Part shown: piece after piece, positions 61,820 to 64,000 of the stretch
Numbering within the stretch: position 1 is the stretch's first letter
Layout of the letters: each line of letters opens with the position of its first letter
Assembly: GCA_045110495.1 (NCBI GenBank)
Contig: JBGCGE010000010.1
Location: 69,376 to 133,375 of the forward strand
DNA: 64,000 nt
Reading direction: 5' to 3'
DNA from: Gammaproteobacteria bacterium
GTDB lineage: Bacteria > Pseudomonadota > Gammaproteobacteria > CAJXQU01
Notes under the pieces: model-generated
Told to the model about the DNA's origin: nothing
The model's input: the letters and a program-made list of their open reading frames with translations, nothing else
Databases searched by the model: none
Program-made: the position numbers and the translations under genes

Positions 61820-64000
61820 TGGATAAAATTTCGATCCGCGGTGCACGTACTCATAATTTGAAGGGCGTGGATCTAGATTTACCTCGCAATAAACTGATCG
61901 TGATCACAGGCTTGTCTGGGTCCGGTAAATCGTCATTGGCGTTTGATACGATTTACGCGGAAGGACAACGCCGCTATGTCGAATCGCTATCGTCCTATGC
62001 ACGCCAATTTTTGTCGATCATGGAAAAACCCGATGTTGATTTGATCGAAGGTTTATCTCCGGCGATTTCGATCGAACAAAAATCCACCTCGCATAATCCA
62101 CGATCAACGGTCGGGACGATTACTGAGATCTATGATTATTTACGTCTGCTATTTGCCCGTGTTGGTGAACCGCGCTGTCCTGAACACGATAAGATTCTTG
62201 AGGCTCAAACCATCAGCCAGATGGTTGATAACGTTCTGGAGTTACCTGAAGGGAGTAAAATGATGTTGCTGGCGCCTTTAGTACAAGGGCGAAAAGGTGA
62301 ACATATTCAATTGCTTGAAAGTCTGCGTCGCGAAGGTTACATCCGTGCAAGGATCAATGGCGAGGTGGTTAATCTTGAAGATGCACCTGAGCTTGATCTG
62401 TATAAAAAGCACGATATTGAAGCAGTGGTTGATCGTTTTAAAGTACGCGAGGATATGAAGTTACGTCTGGCCGAGTCGTTTGAAACGGCACTTGCACTCA
62501 CAGAAGGCATTGCAAAAGTTGCCTGGATGGACGAAGACAAACCGGATCTCATTTTTTCAGCTTTATTTGCCTGCCCACACTGTGGATATAGTATTAGTGA
62601 ATTAGAACCGCGGATTTTTTCTTTTAATAATCCGGCCGGAGCTTGTCAAGATTGCGACGGGTTGGGTGTGATGCAATTTTTTGATCCTGACCGAGTTGTA
62701 CAGCATCCAGAATTATCAATGCCGGGTGGAGCTATTCGAGGATGGGATCGACGGACGGTCTATTATTATCAGTTGATTTGTGCGCTGGCGGAACATTATA
62801 AATTCGACGTCGATATTCCTTTTCAAGATCTTCCAAAAAAGATCCAGGAAGTGATCCTTTACGGTAGTGGTGAAACTGAAATTAAATTTGATTACGTCGA
62901 TTCCAAAGGTAGCAAGCGTAAACGAAAACATTCATTCGAAGGTGTGATCAACAATCTTCAACGCCGATATCGAGAAACTGATTCCAGTTCGATTCGTGAT
63001 GAGCTGGCAAAATTTTTAGTCTCGAAACCATGCTCCTCCTGCCAAGGGCAACGTTTAGGCGTTGCTGCGAGAAATGTTTTTGTTGAGAAGAAAAACTTAC
63101 CCGAAATTTCAGATATGTCGGTAGGAACGGCGCAATCATTTTTTGATGGGTTGAAGCTAGAAGGCCAACGAGGAGAGATTGCAGAAAAGATTCTTAAAGA
63201 AGTTTCTGAACGATTAAGTTTCCTGGTCAATGTGGGTCTTGATTATTTAACCTTGTCGCGAAGTGCAGAATCTCTTTCGGGAGGCGAAGCGCAACGGATC
63301 CGTTTAGCCAGCCAAATTGGAGCCGGTTTAGTCGGGGTAATGTATGTGCTTGATGAACCTTCGATTGGTCTGCACCAGCGAGATAATCAACGTTTATTAA
63401 ATACCTTATATCATCTGCGAGATCTCGGTAATACGGTCATTGTTGTTGAACATGACGAAGAAGCGATTCGAGCGGCTGATAATGTTATTGATATTGGTCC
63501 GGGTGCTGGTGTTCATGGTGGGGAGATTGTCGCGCAAGGAACAATGGAGGATCTTGAAGCGAGTGAACGATCACTCACTGGGCAATATCTATCAGGCAAA
63601 CGGAAAATTAAGGTGCCTGAAACGCGCCACTCCGTCAATCCAGAACGACTTCTACGGGTGGTAGGAGCAACGGGGAACAATCTGAAAAATGTCACTTTGG
63701 AAATTCCCGTAGGTTTGATGACATGTATAACAGGCGTTTCTGGATCGGGTAAATCCACTCTGATCAATGACACACTATATAAGGTGGCCGCGTATCAACT
63801 AAATCGGGCAAATACAGAACCAGCCAAGCACAAAAAGATCGAAGGATTGGATCAGTTTGATAAGGTGGTTGATATTGATCAAAGTCCGATCGGTCGTACA
63901 CCGAGATCAAATCCAGCAACTTACACGGGAATTTTTACTCCTGTTCGCGAGATGTTTGCAGCAACGCATGAATCGCGCTCACGGGGGTATAAACCGGGGC
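61820..64000 (+). CDS. uvrA: Excinuclease ABC subunit A (the first roughly 727 codons; continues past the window end)
   Basis: [58 protein letters not shown], zinc fingers CPEHD...C, and an ABC signature [16 protein letters not shown]. It is absent from the ORF track only because it has no in-window stop. Confidence 0.9.

Noticed and set aside
62337-63773. Five minus-strand track ORFs (62337-62552, 62716-62931, 62948-63139, 62958-63230, 63513-63773)
   Set aside because: They lie antisense inside the long plus-strand uvrA reading frame (61820 to the window end), which has unmistakable UvrA motifs. They are chance ORFs.
1-64000. Mobile elements, CRISPR arrays, rRNA/tRNA genes
   Set aside because: No transposase or integrase-like ORFs, no repeat-spacer arrays, and no T-arm (GGTTCGA) or anticodon-arm signatures were seen anywhere in the window.

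Overview
This 64 kb window looks like a core chromosomal segment of an AT-rich, aerobic gammaproteobacterium. It contains no transposases, integrases, CRISPR arrays, rRNA or tRNA genes. The recognisable genes are: a complete aa3/caa3-type cytochrome c oxidase cluster (coxB with a fused cytochrome c domain, coxA, ctaG, coxC, plus the assembly genes SURF1, ctaB, a SCO-like protein and a DUF2909-like small protein); TCA genes (sucA-sucB-lpd divergent from gltA, then mdh); metY; fae-like and sixA; rppH with a divergent HAD hydrolase; cmoA-cmoB; nth; tamA-tamB; a partial rnf cluster (rnfD-rnfG-rnfE only); ispG; a LysM/FecR protein next to a CHASE2-PAS-GGDEF-EAL-REC signalling protein; a split class II ribonucleotide reductase (nrdJa/nrdJb) behind two NrdR boxes; yqhA; ssb; an MFS transporter; and the 5' 2.2 kb of uvrA. 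uvrA is missing from the ORF track because it has no stop codon inside the window. The least-explained material, and my best candidates for something undescribed, are four items. (i) A translationally coupled operon of a small 4-TM membrane protein and a DUF853/YjgR HerA-like ATPase, followed by a membrane-anchored trypsin-like protease. (ii) A 1246-aa single-polypeptide flavo-iron-sulfur oxidoreductase that fuses a GltD/NfnB-like module to a PyrK/NfnA-like module, with a roughly 300-aa N-terminal extension of unknown function. (iii) A roughly 110-nt strongly GC-rich island at about 17.82-17.93 kb, in an otherwise AT-rich convergent intergenic region. (iv) An AT-rich pair of genes downstream of lpd: a DUF3754-like membrane protein and a secreted protein. 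All calls are based on reading the sequence and ORF translations; I could not run any database search.
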